DNA from: the human T2T-CHM13v2.0 reference genome, Homo sapiens | NCBI RefSeq assembly: GCF_009914755.1 | Contig: NC_060931.1 | Length of the DNA stretch: 64,000 bases | Reading direction: 5' to 3' (one strand) | Shown here: piece by piece, positions 1 through 12,089 of the stretch | How positions within the stretch are numbered: position 1 is the stretch's first letter | Layout: each line of letters begins with the position of its first letter | The notes under the pieces: generated by a model | Told to the model about the DNA's origin: nothing | What the model saw: only the letters and a program-made list of their open reading frames with translations | Databases searched by the model: none | Made by a program: the position numbers and the translations under genes

Positions 1-174
1 AAGCATTTATTAGTTTTCAATATAAATCTGACAATTATTTTGAGTATCTCTTAATACCTGGTGTTGAGATGTTAAAAAAAATTAAGTTGAACTTCTCTTA
101 GATTAATTCCATTACTATTGTAAATGTTCTTAAATATTAGGTACTAATGGACAGAATAAGTAAAATAATGGATT

Positions 175-253
175 ACCTATAATGCGCAGGATAGTTCCCA
201 CAACAAAGAATTACATAGCCCAAAACGTCAATAGTGCCACTGCTGAGAAACCA
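175..253 (+). mobile_element. MER20 (hAT) terminal fragment
   Basis: cccacaacaaagaattacatagcccaaaacgtcaatagtgcc...gagaaacc matches the MER20 end. Confidence 0.75.
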
Positions 254-257
254 TGAC

Positions 258-440
258 ATAGACTCTGGAGCCAGCCCACCTGGGTTGAGATTTCAGCTTG
301 ATGACCAGTTACCAGTTGTGAAGCTTTGGACAAACTGACTCAACTACTCTGTCTTATTTAGTTTGCTCATGTAGAAACTGAGTAAGATAAAACAGTACCT
401 ATAATGCCTAAGGTTGCTGTGACTATTAAGTGCCATATAA
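258..440 (+). mobile_element. MIR
   Basis: agactctggagccagcccacctgggttgag...ctttggacaaactgactcaactactctgt...gtttgctcatgtagaaa. Confidence 0.75.
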
Positions 441-646
441 CTGTTTGCCATGGTAATCTTTATCGGAAATACTCCTCCTGTTTCTCAGACTGCAATATAT
501 ATCCGTATCAGTATCACTTCAATAGTTTTTCCTTTTATTTACGTCAAAATTTCCTCTGTCATGTTTCCACTTCTAGATATGGAGGTTTCAACACAAGGAT
601 AAATCTTAATGGACTTTCAACATCATCACTTTCTATTATATATAGT

Positions 647-1180
647 CATACAGAAGAGTTAACATAGGAGGCTTGACTGCTCTCCTTGGAGGCCTGCTTA
701 CAAGGTTGGCCCTTGTTCTCAGGTGTTTGAGAATTTAAGATTTTAGGAGTGTTCCCATCAATTCCCAGAACTGATAAAAGTGGCTCAGTAAGCCTAAACT
801 ATACCAAAACTACAGCGTATGTTGAACACAATTCTCTGAGAAAGAAATTCCATAAAGGAATTCTGTTATGTGCCAGGCAGAGGGTGCCTAAATAAATGCC
901 CTCAATGAAAACCCCAGGCACCAAGTCTCGAATGAGCTTCCCTGGTTGGCAACATTTCACAGGTGTTGTCACAACTCCTTGCTGGGGGAGTTAAGTTGCA
1001 TCTTGTGTGACTCTACTGGGAGAGAGCAGTTGGCAGCTGGAGCCTGGTTCCCCCAGACTTCATCCATGCACTTTTTTTGCTCTTGTTCTATATCCTTTTG
1101 CCATAATAAATCTTATCTGTGAGTATGACTATATGCTGAATTTTGTAAGCCCTCCTAGTCAATCACCAAGGGGGAAAACT
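647..1180 (+). mobile_element. Solo LTR, MER68-like (MER21/MER68 group)
   Basis: agaagagttaacatagg...ggcctgcttacaaggttggcccttg...caacatttcacaggtgttgtcacaactc...ataataaa; similar to 38573-38995. Confidence 0.75.
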
Positions 1181-2510
1181 CCTAACAAATAGTTCTTGTT
1201 GTTTCATTTCATTCTTGATGATATGTAAAAGATCATGTTTACCAATTTAAAGTATCACGTTTAATACATGTCTCATACACTGCATTGGTAAACAGACGGG
1301 TTACGTTTCATTTTCACTCAGCTACTGCAAGTTTTCCTAAATCAAACATATTCTGTCATTATATATATGGGTCAATATCTGGCACAAATATTTTATAAAC
1401 TAAACTGTATGGCATTTCCTTCTTCCCCTTACATTTCCAAGTTACTGTTCTTCTGGTCACATGAGCAAAATCTGTGGAAGTATCTTTCCCACTTCTCATG
1501 AGATGTGCTCTATTATTCCTCACTGAAGTCATTATTCTGGTATTCAGAGCCAAATTCAACTCTTTAATATCTGCTATATAATCAGCTGTTAACTTTCCAT
1601 CTTCACCCTTTTTCCATCTTTCCCTTTTCTTCCAAAGATTGAACTTTCCATTAAAATGGCAGGCAAGAAAAAAATCTTTGTGCTCCAAATCCACTGGGTT
1701 TTCTGTCCAGTTTACATTCCCTAAATAAAGACACCTCACCTTTTTTTTCTCTCCTACTAAAGATTTTCCAAACTACATTCCATGAGAACATCATCCTCAA
1801 GCTGTTCATGACAAAAGATTCTGTGGTTAACTAAGTTTAGGAAATTAGGTAAGCAAAATTAAACAGGTTTCTTATGGAACGTCTCAAAATTTTTGATATA
1901 ATCATTTGAATTATGAAGGAACATTTTTGCTTTTTGGTTCATATTACAGATAGTCCTGTATAAGTTACATAAAAGTATAAAACTTCTCCCTCAGGAACAT
2001 CTTATAGGGAACAATATTTTACCATATGCATTTTAAGAAATATGCCAATCCCTGATGGGCTAGAAGTTATCACATCTGAGGCCTTAGAAGTCTGTTGATA
2101 CAGCTCCAAGAAAGATGCAAATATTATGACCAATCTACTTTTAGAATGGCAAAATCTAAAATATTAGCCAAAATATGAATTTAAAATGAGATCAAATAAA
2201 ATGGATTACTAATTATAAATCTTTCCATCTGTGGGAAAATACTTTATAATTTGATACGATGAGGAAGTATAAAGTTTCTTTAACACTGTGGTGTAAATTA
2301 TTTGCCCCATAAAAGAAAAAGTTAAATTCAGTCCATTTAAGTCAGTAATCACTCAAGCACTCATCTATCAACCTGGAACTTGAATTGGTTGATATCTAAA
2401 AGAAAAGAAAATACAAACAGATACTAAAAATAAGACTACTGAGCAAGCATCTTAAAAGTAACAAAAATACATTACTATTAAATGAACTCAACAAAAATGT
2501 TTGTTAATAC

Positions 2511-2516
2511 TTTATT
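2511..2516 (-). terminator. Distal polyadenylation signal AATAAA
   Basis: tttatt on + strand; downstream on minus strand ACATTTTTGTTGAGTT...GTATTTTTGTT is a U/GU-rich downstream element. Confidence 0.75.
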
Positions 2517-3457
2517 AGTATTTTCTAATGGACAGAACACAAACCAAATAAATTTTTTAATCCTTTTAGTTGAATAAAAATAACTGACATTCTGATTGTT
2601 GTTTCTTCTTTGTTAAAGAAAGAAAGTATTGATAGAACAGTTAGGCACACAGTTGACACTTACTGTACAATGATATGCACACATTATCTTTTAACAATTA
2701 TAATCCTAAAATGTGCTCTTCATATTTTTTCCCTTGTAATACAGGAGCCATGCTCCTAAAAGCAAAATTTACTACTAATAAAAGAATTTTCCAAGGAGTG
2801 ACAAAAAGACTTTTAAAACAAGTCCTTAAATAAAAGGATGCAGCAACAACGGAATGTAAGTTGTTGGATTAAGAAGACAGTTTAAGCTACATCTCAAAAA
2901 ATTAAAAATTCATTTATCTTACAATTACTCAAATACACATGCATTAAATGAAAATATTGCACAAAATTAAAATTTTAGATTGTGAAATTTATATCATTCT
3001 TAATTTTTATAAAAATTGGTACACTTTCTGGTAGCACTTAACTGATTGATTTTTCTTCCCAAATACCAGCAGCACAAACTTAAAATGAACAAACTGAAAT
3101 ATTCAAGAAAGTTTTTGTTTTTTTTTTTTTAAAAAAAATTAAGGCTAACCAAGTGCATCCATTGGTCAATGGCACAATTGATTTCAGCAACTATTTGGAA
3201 TATCCTAATTATAGGAAATGCCCATCTAAGTGATATATTTAAATAATACAATCAATTTTTTAAGGTGAATAAACTATGATGGTTTCTAAATAGTGTACAT
3301 GTTACCTGAAAAATCAGAAAACACAAAGAATGATTAATTTCGAAAGTTCTTGCCTAAAGGCACCACTGACTTAAAAAACATTCAAAATCAAATACCAGAA
3401 GACATAAAGCCTCTTCATGTATATATTCATATATGCAATAAATGCATTAAATGTAAC

Positions 3458-3463
3458 TTTATT
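3458..3463 (-). terminator. Candidate alternative polyadenylation signal AATAAA
   Basis: AATAAA with upstream TGTA (3472-3475) and GU-rich downstream sequence. Confidence 0.45.
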
Positions 3464-5781
3464 AAACATAGTACACTGTACTTGACTTATGGTTAAATAT
3501 TTTACACACAGCTTGACCAAGTCATTCAAAAAGTTATCTCTAATTTTAGCATGACCACAGCTCTTTCTGATGTAAAAGACAGATGTGCATAGAGAAGGTG
3601 CACCACCATTTACAAAGACTATCATTTGACATTTTCTGCTTCTGAAATATAAACTCTTCTAAACAAAAATTACTTTAAAAATCCATTTACTCAAATAGTT
3701 TTTGGTATGATTGCAGTTATCTTGCAGGGCTCTATTTTGAAAATTTGCAATATTACATGACCTTTATTTCCCTAATTGATGGCCAGTGCTCCTCACATTA
3801 TATAGAAATGCTTTTTCACATGTACACGTTAGGGTCTTACATGAATTATTCTGTATACTGTTAGATTTATTCATGTCAAAAATATATTTGAAATGGGCAG
3901 AGGCATATATGAAAATCATTGCACTTATGGCCATGCTGATGCTTCCTACAGACATGTTTCATGTTTCAAACATTTTCACTTTTAAAGCCTGGGGCTCAGG
4001 GAGGGGCCAAGGCAGGGAGACACCCTGAGAAGAAGAAATACTATTTCTTCCACCAGAGCCACTAAGGATCTTTTCTCACTTGCAAGTTGCAATGAAAGGG
4101 ATTTCATTTTATGTAATTCTGAAGACATGCAACATATGCTGAATATATGCATACTATAAGTATGCACAACAGCATTATTAATAAATATGATTATTATAAA
4201 GCTTTAAAGGAAGGCTTTATTCTGTTAATAACCCTCACTTTGTAAGTAGGATCTAAGTGAAAACAAGACAGTGATATCTTGTTCCAATCTTAAAGCTCCC
4301 AAATAACTGGGATACCAATACTCTGTCCCTTTATCTTAAGCACCCAGACTTTCTTTTAATACCAGGATCTTGGCTCAGTGGTCTGATAAGTAGCTTCATT
4401 ATTTTAAGGTTTTAGTGTTAAATATTTTTAAAACAAAAAAAGCTGACACACCCAAACCCTTAGGCAATGAAAGTATTTAAAACTATGCAGAAATCCTGCA
4501 TAGAAGGGATGTGAATACTTCTAAGATGGATAAAATGGACAGTCAGAAAACTATAGGAAATACAGAAGCTCCAAAACTAGAGAAAGTATTTTATTTTATT
4601 GATATAAAATTAATTTATGGGTTTAAAGGTATACACTGAGGGGTCTTGCCTACTAGCTTTATTTTGTAGAACTTTACATTATGTGAAATATAAATAAAAG
4701 CATATTTTTAAAAATATTATAGTTCTTTTTTCATCATTTATTTTCATATATGTACACTGTCATAGAATTAGGAATCTGTATGTTTACTATGACTAATAAG
4801 CTCATTAATCATTTAATTTGCTATTTCTGCAGTTACCTAAGGCATGTCTAGATCACACAATTAAAAATTATCATATGGTAACTTTCCAGACTACTATTTA
4901 AATTTCCATATTTTTAGAAGGACAAAATGTATTTGGCAGTTCTTCCAATAAATTATATCTTCTGTATAATCAGTAATCTGTTAAAGATAAAACTAATAAT
5001 TTTGAAATTTAAATGAGAGCCACCACATGCTTCTTTTTGCACAAAGAATGCCAAAAGGAAACATAAAATTGAGTACCCTAAGAGCAAAACACAGCCCTTA
5101 AAGCACACATAAGAATAAAAATTGTTGTATACCAATGAATAACAAATCCAATCAAATTCTGTGTTTGATTGGTTTTATTTTATACTCAGCTTTATTTTAT
5201 ATCACAAAACTGTAATTCAGGTATAAGGTTATTTCACACTTTAAGGGCATTCTGTCTCTTTCTCCAGACCTGAAAGAGATGTTTCAAGGATCATTCACCT
5301 GGCTAATCCACAATATATCAAAATGCTGACAGACCTACAAAATCATTATGCCAAACAAACTCCTCCAAGTCGTACATTGCACAGTCTCCAACTGTTAAAC
5401 AAATTAGCCAATTTATCTCTGAACCATTGTTTTGTGCTTTCCTTAGCTTTCATATATACACTCTGGCACTTTGTCATTGCTGGAGAATGCTGATTAGTTT
5501 GAAATGGAAGAAACCAACGCCATTCTTGCTTGAGATGGGGGCAGTTTTCTCTCAATGTTGCAAAATATGCACCAAATCATTTAAGACACAGAAATCTCTC
5601 TTGGTAGTGGTGGATTATAGATGAGAATGAGAAGAACCACAGACTTATGGATGTATTAATAATCTATTTTGAGACACTAAAAGACTGGTGCAGACACAAC
5701 AGTATTTGAGTTAAGCCCCAGAAGATCTGTCCATACCATTAGTCCTGGACAAAATGAACACCAGCTTCATAGAGTGGAGTG

Positions 5782-6029
5782 TCACCTTTTCTGCAAAGAA
5801 GGCGCTTGAGTAGTTTGAAGTTTCTGTTTATATTTCTGCATCTGCTTTGACCGTGAATGCAGTTTGTTGAAAAGTTCACGGAATTTATACTGTGGAAATA
5901 AGGTTTCTAAAAAGCCTTCCAAGAAGACATAAACCATTCTCCTATTTAATTGGTTGTGCTGAAACATTTCAAAAACACGAAGAATACCTTTCCGTGTTGT
6001 CTCAGCCCCAATAATGTGCTTCAGCTCAT
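5782..6029 (-). CDS. SNX13: SNX13 last coding exon (~26), 248 coding nt including TGA
   Basis: catttag|ATGAG; (D)ELKHIIGAETTRKGILRVFEMFQHNQLNRRMVYVFLEGFLETLFPQ...QAPSLQKR* (ORF 5782..6114). Confidence 0.97.
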
Positions 6030-7184
6030 CTAAATGAAGTGGAGGAAAACACACATAATTATTCAAAGGAAACACAAGGCCTAAACTCTTAAATGTTCTT
6101 AAATTAAGGTACACAGCAGAGTAACTGATGAACAGTAGGTAACCAGTTAATGCATTTCAGCTATGTACTATAGCTGAAACTTAATATGCATCTTTGCATG
6201 CATGCATCTATTTACGCACTTAATGCAAAAGCTACTGGGAGACAATATAGCACAGGTGTAAGAGATAAAAAATAAAAAACAGTCTCAAAGATCCCAAACT
6301 ATGATTACAAACATGTCCCTTAATACCCATGTGATACTTACCCACCACCCTGACTCTCTTTTCTCATCTGAAAAGGAGGATTTATAATAACATCCTTATA
6401 AGGATTTATAAGTCTTTAATGAAATAATGTAAAAAGTGATCTGTAAACTTTGTAATATTATACAAATATTCTTAGTAGGCCTAATGAATAGTGACAAATG
6501 CTGTAAGGAAACAAACTAATCCATGATGGTGAATAAAGTTTCATTGGAACACAGGAAAAAAAAAAATTAATCCCTGATCTACAAAAACCCCTGGCATAGT
6601 AACTATACCATAAAAATGCTAAAAGTATAAGAATATTGGTAGTGGGGAGACTTTCAGATGCGATAACAAAGAAAAGTTCCCTTTAAGGAAGTGGCAGGTA
6701 AAGGAGACTTTCTACTTGGGCAGGATTTTGATAGGTGCAATGAGATGAAGGATTAGCCTTGGTGAAAAGAACATGAATGAGCAAATAAGCAGTAACTAGA
6801 AAAACAAAGCATGCTCAAGAAATAGGGATAGTACAAGTTGGGTTGAATTTTATTTAAATTCAAAGTGAAGAAAGCAAAGAAAATAGAAAACCGATGGTGC
6901 TGTGACTAAGAGTGAGCAAATTTGGTGTTTAATCATAAATAACACCAAGTTATGAGACCAACATGTATGATTATTAATTATTCATATTCTTATTCATAAT
7001 TACAAATAATTATTCATAATACTGATAATATAGATATTATTTTGCTGCTTTGGAAAGAAACATGCAATTTCCAAAAAGTCTTTATCTAACTAGGGGTACG
7101 ATATAATTTAAAGCAAAAATTTTGAGAATTTACTAAAAAATAGGCAAGGATTATGTATATATAAATTTATATGCTTTCATATTT

Positions 7185-7470
7185 ACCCTCACTTCCTTCA
7201 GATCTTCACACCACCATCATCATCTCAGTGAGGCCTGCCCTGGCCACCCCATCTAAAACTGCAACTCATCTGACACTATCTATTCCATTTTCCTGCAGTA
7301 TCTTTCTCTTTAGTACTTACCACTTATCTAACAAACTACGTTCCATTTATTTGTTCTGTGTGTTTTTGAGTCTCTCTATTTCTACTGGAAAGTAAGCTCC
7401 AAGAAGGCAAACATAAGTGCAAAGAACAGCACCTGGCACATAATAACTTTCAATAAATATTTAGTGAATA
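7185..7470. mobile_element. L2 3'-end fragment
   Basis: ctcagtgaggcctgccctggccacccc...gtaagctccaagaaggc...gcacctggcacataataactttcaataaatatttagtgaat. Confidence 0.7.
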
Positions 7471-8214
7471 AAGATTTCTTCCAGCTAGATAACTGAGTCA
7501 GTCCATATAGCACAATCAGGTTTACTATAATAGTATATTAAATAATATCCTAAGCAATTGTTTCTTATTTTTCTAAAATGTCATTTCTATAATTTGCTTT
7601 TTTATCAGCAAATGAAACGGTATATAGGTAAGAATTAAAATTGTGGCAAATTTTTAATTTAATTGACAGAAGAGAAGGCTGGTCATTAAAATTTATAGAG
7701 AAAATACAGGTAAGAAAACAAAATTAGAGAAAAAAATTGGTATTGTGTGATATTAAAGAATGTACAAATATGTCTGTTCATTCTCTACATCCAGAATTAA
7801 AATACAGAGAAAAGACATGCAGGCATTTTCAAAGATACTCATTAACAAGGGGCAAAACAACCATCACCACCTCCCAGCCGCATTAAATTGCTTTTTACAT
7901 TATATAACTTCTCTGATTGAAAGAAGAAAAACGAGAAAAAGTAAATCTAAGGTAGTGAGATAGCTATACCCTAATGAAGCAACCAAAATCAGACCAACAA
8001 AATGCTACTAAGTATACTTTGTTTGGGATTGTATTTTAAGTAATAAAGATTAATAATCAGCCAATCAGTTCTTTCTATGTAAATGGAGTTTTTGAAATAA
8101 CTTGTTTTCCTAAGTACAACAAATATTCTTCCTGAAAAATTCATACTTTATATTTTATTAGCCCTTTCACCTGTCATGTATTTTATTTATTTAACTTAAC
8201 TCCCAATATGTTTC

Positions 8215-8470
8215 AAGGCAGCAGAGCGAAGTGGCTAAAAGCATAAGCTTTCACATCACTTAAAGCCAAGTCAGAATACCAACTGTTGCTTAGTAGCTAT
8301 AAACCTTGGATAGGTTATTTAACCTCTCTGAGCTTCCGTTTCCTCACATATAAAGCGGTGATGTTAACAGTCCTTAGCTTTACAGTACTGTCATGAGGAC
8401 TGATTAAGAACATATGAGAAATGCCTAGTACAGTGCCTGATATGTATTAAGCCATCAAAAGGTAGTTGTT
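8215..8470 (+). mobile_element. MIR
   Basis: accttggataggttatttaacctctctgagcttccgtttcctcacatataaa core. Confidence 0.8.
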
Positions 8471-8563
8471 ATAATCAAAAGGCAGTTACACTGGCATGAT
8501 GAATGCTAAAAACTCAGAAGAATGACAAATTATAAAGATTTTTAACTATACATGCTCACTCAC

Positions 8564-8676
8564 CTGGCATAATTGCAAGTAATTTCGTTTTTCCTGCTAC
8601 TCTTGTTCTCATTCGAATACTTTTATCTCTGCATGGAACAGCCTCTGCTAAAATGCCATTTGGCCAAAATGCATCT
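8564..8676 (-). CDS. SNX13: SNX13 coding exon ~25 (113 nt), PXC domain
   Basis: caaatag|AGAT...CCAG|gtgagt; DAFWPNGILAEAVPCRDKSIRMRTRVAGKTKLLAIMP. Confidence 0.95.
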
Positions 8677-9306
8677 CTATTTGAGAAGATTAAATACATT
8701 TTGTAAACATTTTCATTTTCTAATGATACAAGTTGATAAAATTATTTCAAATTTCTACAGAAAATACAAATGTGAACAGAAAGAAAAGTTTCTGAATAAT
8801 AACATATAGCTATAATGATATTCAAGAAAGATCAACTAAGTGTAGGGTTCAATTTTAGGGGTTCAAAAAAAACGAACACAAGAAAAATACCAGATAAAGT
8901 CTGCACCAATGCAGTTCATAAACACTAATGAAGACAGCAAAATGGAATATGTACATGACTATATCACAGCCATTTAAACTCAAAGTGGGCATCTGCTGAT
9001 TGAACATCTCATCCAAATGCAACCCTACAATATCTTGAATCTCAATGCCTTAGAGTTTAATAGCTATCTCCTTCAGTTATGCCATCCCACTCCTCTTATA
9101 ATTAAGCCTACATAATACTAAATTCTAAGCCCACAACTTACAGATGGATTGACTATAATGGTCCTTTCACAAGTAAAACAACCCATTCTTCTTAACTTTC
9201 AGTGTGCTTTACTCCTGTTCCCTAATTCTTGGTCTGAAGGCAGGGACTGAGCACAAAAACTAAGCTTTCATCTGGGAATTTGGTGTAAGGGCAAGACTCC
9301 CCAGAG

Positions 9307-9482
9307 CAGCTGTTCTTAACTTTACACATTAGAAGCACCTGAGAGCTTTACAGGCTCTTCATGTTCAGGCCTTTCATTGGATTAATTAAGTCAGACTCCC
9401 TGGACATGGGATCTAGGCATTAGTAATTTTTAAAGCTCTAGAGGTGATTCCAATGAACAGCCAAAGCTGATAATCACCACTC
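9307..9482. mobile_element. MER5-type hAT-Charlie element
   Basis: cacattagaagcacctgagagctt...tttttaaagctctagaggtgattccaatgaacagccaaagctgataatcacc. Confidence 0.7.
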
Positions 9483-9552
9483 CAGAGGAACATCATTTAC
9501 CTACCCTGAAATAAAATGAACATGCCAGGGCAGCTAGTCCAAGTTTTGGAAA

Positions 9553-9760
9553 CAGTATGGTACAGTGGGAAGAAACTTAGCTTCAGATTAGAGAAACCAG
9601 ATTCCCCACTTTGTAGCCTGAGAGCCTATTCAACTTCTCTAATCCTCAATTTCCTTATAACAAAATAGAGACAAAAATACCTACCTCGAAAAATGGCATA
9701 AAATCAGAAAGCATACATAAAGTACTGTGCACAGTGCCAAGAACTTAGTGTTCAATACTG
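9553..9760 (+). mobile_element. MIR
   Basis: ttcaacttctctaatcctcaatttccttataacaaaatagag core. Confidence 0.65.
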
Positions 9761-10426
9761 ATAGTTCCCTTCTTGCTTCCTTTCCTTCCCTTCAAAATAC
9801 GTGATGCCATGAATTTTTACGCATTGCTTATCTTCACTTTCAGAAAAGAGGTTTATTTCTCTACTATCTGTACTTTCCTCAAGGGACTGCATCTTATCTC
9901 AGCAATGGGCTGAGTGCTAGGCACAGAGGAGGCGCTCAGTATTTTTTGTAGAAAGAAATATGAAGTAGGGTATCTACTTAATTTTTGTTCCTTGTAGAGG
10001 TTCCAATATTTAATAAAAAATTACAACATAGCCAGAGAGACTTACTTAAAACAATTTCATTTAAAATGAAGGTTAGAAAATACAACTGAGAAAAACTAAT
10101 CCCCAAAACTAGATATTTGATGATACAACCATATCATTTTTAGGTGAATATTTCAATTATCTTACAGCCATGGTACTGTGATAAAATGTAGCCTATCATT
10201 TGAAAGATCTTTCTTCTTACTTTTCCTATTCTGGTTTTAAAGAAACAAAGATCAATAGGTTCATAAGACAAATGTTTAGTATAATTCTTAGAAGTCTTTT
10301 TGCTCATCAATGATAACTAAACCAACTTTATGTCCAGGAAGGAAACAAAAGCAATGAAAGTTAATTAGTGATAACAATGCTAAACTCTGTACTACCTGAA
10401 AGAAGTGACTGTGTCTTAAGATATAC

Positions 10427-10495
10427 CTGAAACGTTTCACTGAGTCGGCTACTTGTTCAGGTGAAGTCATCCAGTCAACATGGTCAACTATTTTT
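10427..10495 (-). CDS. SNX13: SNX13 coding exon ~24 (69 nt), PXC domain
   Basis: ctttcag|AAAA...TTCAG|gtatat; KIVDHVDWMTSPEQVADSVKRF. Confidence 0.94.
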
Positions 10496-10745
10496 CTGAA
10501 AGTAAATTAATGTAAATGAGGAAGGTTAAAATTTTAGAAGGTGAAAAAAATAAACGTGACTTTCATAGAGCAAGCAACTTAATCTGGATGTAAATTATCC
10601 CTGAGAGCAACAGACTGCTTTAATGATGTCCTTAAAAGGCCCAGAGAAAAAAATTCTCCTACAAAGGTTGAGCAATCTACTTCCAGAAGTAAGAGTTTAA
10701 TAGCTAAGTAAGATCAGATTAAAAGCGAGGAGGAAAGAGTGCTAC

Positions 10746-10891
10746 CTATTAATAGTATCGCCATATGTAGCTCTAATAAGCTGTTGAAGTAGGTTTTTGA
10801 TATTCCTTCGCAACCACTGATTTCTTTCTTTTAAGTCGAATACTTCATCCATGAGAAGCAGCATTACCCTAAGTGGAATATTGTCATCCAC
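10746..10891 (-). CDS. SNX13: SNX13 coding exon ~23 (146 nt), C-terminal nexin (PXC) domain
   Basis: ttgtcag|GTG...AATAG|gtagca; VDDNIPLRVMLLLMDEVFDLKERNQWLRRNIKNLLQQLIRATYGDTIN. Confidence 0.95.
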
Positions 10892-12089
10892 CTGACAAAA
10901 TATAAGAAATAAGAATAAGTTTGAGTTAGCTATCTACTATGAATTGTTACTTTTGTTGCTTTTACGAAATGATTGATATTTCACAAGTCAGAGAACAAGT
11001 TACATTTTAGCCTTTGTAACTTGACATTAAATTCTAATGTAGAAAAAATATTTCTAGTAGTCATTCTGACAGAATACAGAACTTCATAGCCCCACAATAA
11101 TGAATAAATTTTAAGGCTATAGTTTAACATTTTCAAGGCAAAGTAGATTCATGATGGTCCTAGGAAAAGATGATTTGGTTCTTACTATTGGAAGAGACTG
11201 TATGAGTTTGATAAGGCAAATGCTAGACCCTTTGTCTATTTTCTGATGCATCTTTTTCACAAGAATAAGATATTCTCAACATCTCCATATATTTAATAGA
11301 ACAAAACATGAATGATACAGAATAATGTATTTTGCTTAGTTAGTAAATTGTATGTATTTATGTACTTTCAGGAAAAAGATGCTGAAGTTCAATCCATCAC
11401 ACAACTAAATTCACATTACAAAAGGCATAGTTTACTAAATTACTAGAATTTCCTTTTAGCTTTTAGCAAATAAAAGTCAGTATTATGGGAGTATACAACC
11501 ACTAAGTATACAACCACTAAGGTAAAAAGGAAGACGATCGGAATGCTTTGATGCAAAAAAATACGTATAAAATAAAAAGCAGGTACAGATTTAGTACCAC
11601 ATATAATTGTTAGTAATTTTATAATTTTTTCATCACTGAGAAACTGTTTCCAATTATTTCCTCATCAACACTGTAATTTAAATACTGGCAAGAAAGCATG
11701 AGTTATACATTTTTCACTGTCATGTTACAAACATTTCCTTAGTGCACCTTCCATTTCAAAAACTGAAATCATACAGCTTAATCAAAACCAGTAGGGAGAG
11801 GGAGACCCATTTCATTACTGAGACAGAATAAAAACTTCTGTATTCTCTGATCAAGTATATTCCTACGAGTTTGGTGCCATATGAAAATCTAATAAATAGC
11901 TAAACTGTAAAAACCACATACCAAAGGTACAATGTTATGGATATTATACCATCAATAAACATAATAAACATCCTAAAATAATCTTGAAAAACCAAATGAA
12001 AATATTATTTTTGATTAAGACAGTTGATTATAAACAAATTCGATTAGAAACAGAAAGGAGATAATTACAACTTAAAATAAATCTGCCTA

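Larger units (their letters stand above)
2495..5781 (-). other. SNX13: SNX13 3'UTR (~3.3 kb)
   Basis: AU-rich stretch after the stop with no recognisable repeats, ending at AATAAA (2511-2516) followed by U/GU-rich sequence; exact cleavage site inferred. Confidence 0.75.

Noticed and set aside
1359-1739. 126-aa minus-strand ORF downstream of SNX13
   Set aside because: Non-ATG start, no recognisable domain, lies beyond the distal poly(A) signal; likely chance.
3118-3138. A13 run on the mRNA strand as a transcript end
   Set aside because: Genomic A-run with no nearby upstream AATAAA; a likely internal-priming artefact in 3'-seq.
6030-6114. N-terminal extensions of exon-containing ORFs (also 45902-45931, 51718-51724)
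   Set aside because: Intronic sequence upstream of clear AG acceptors.
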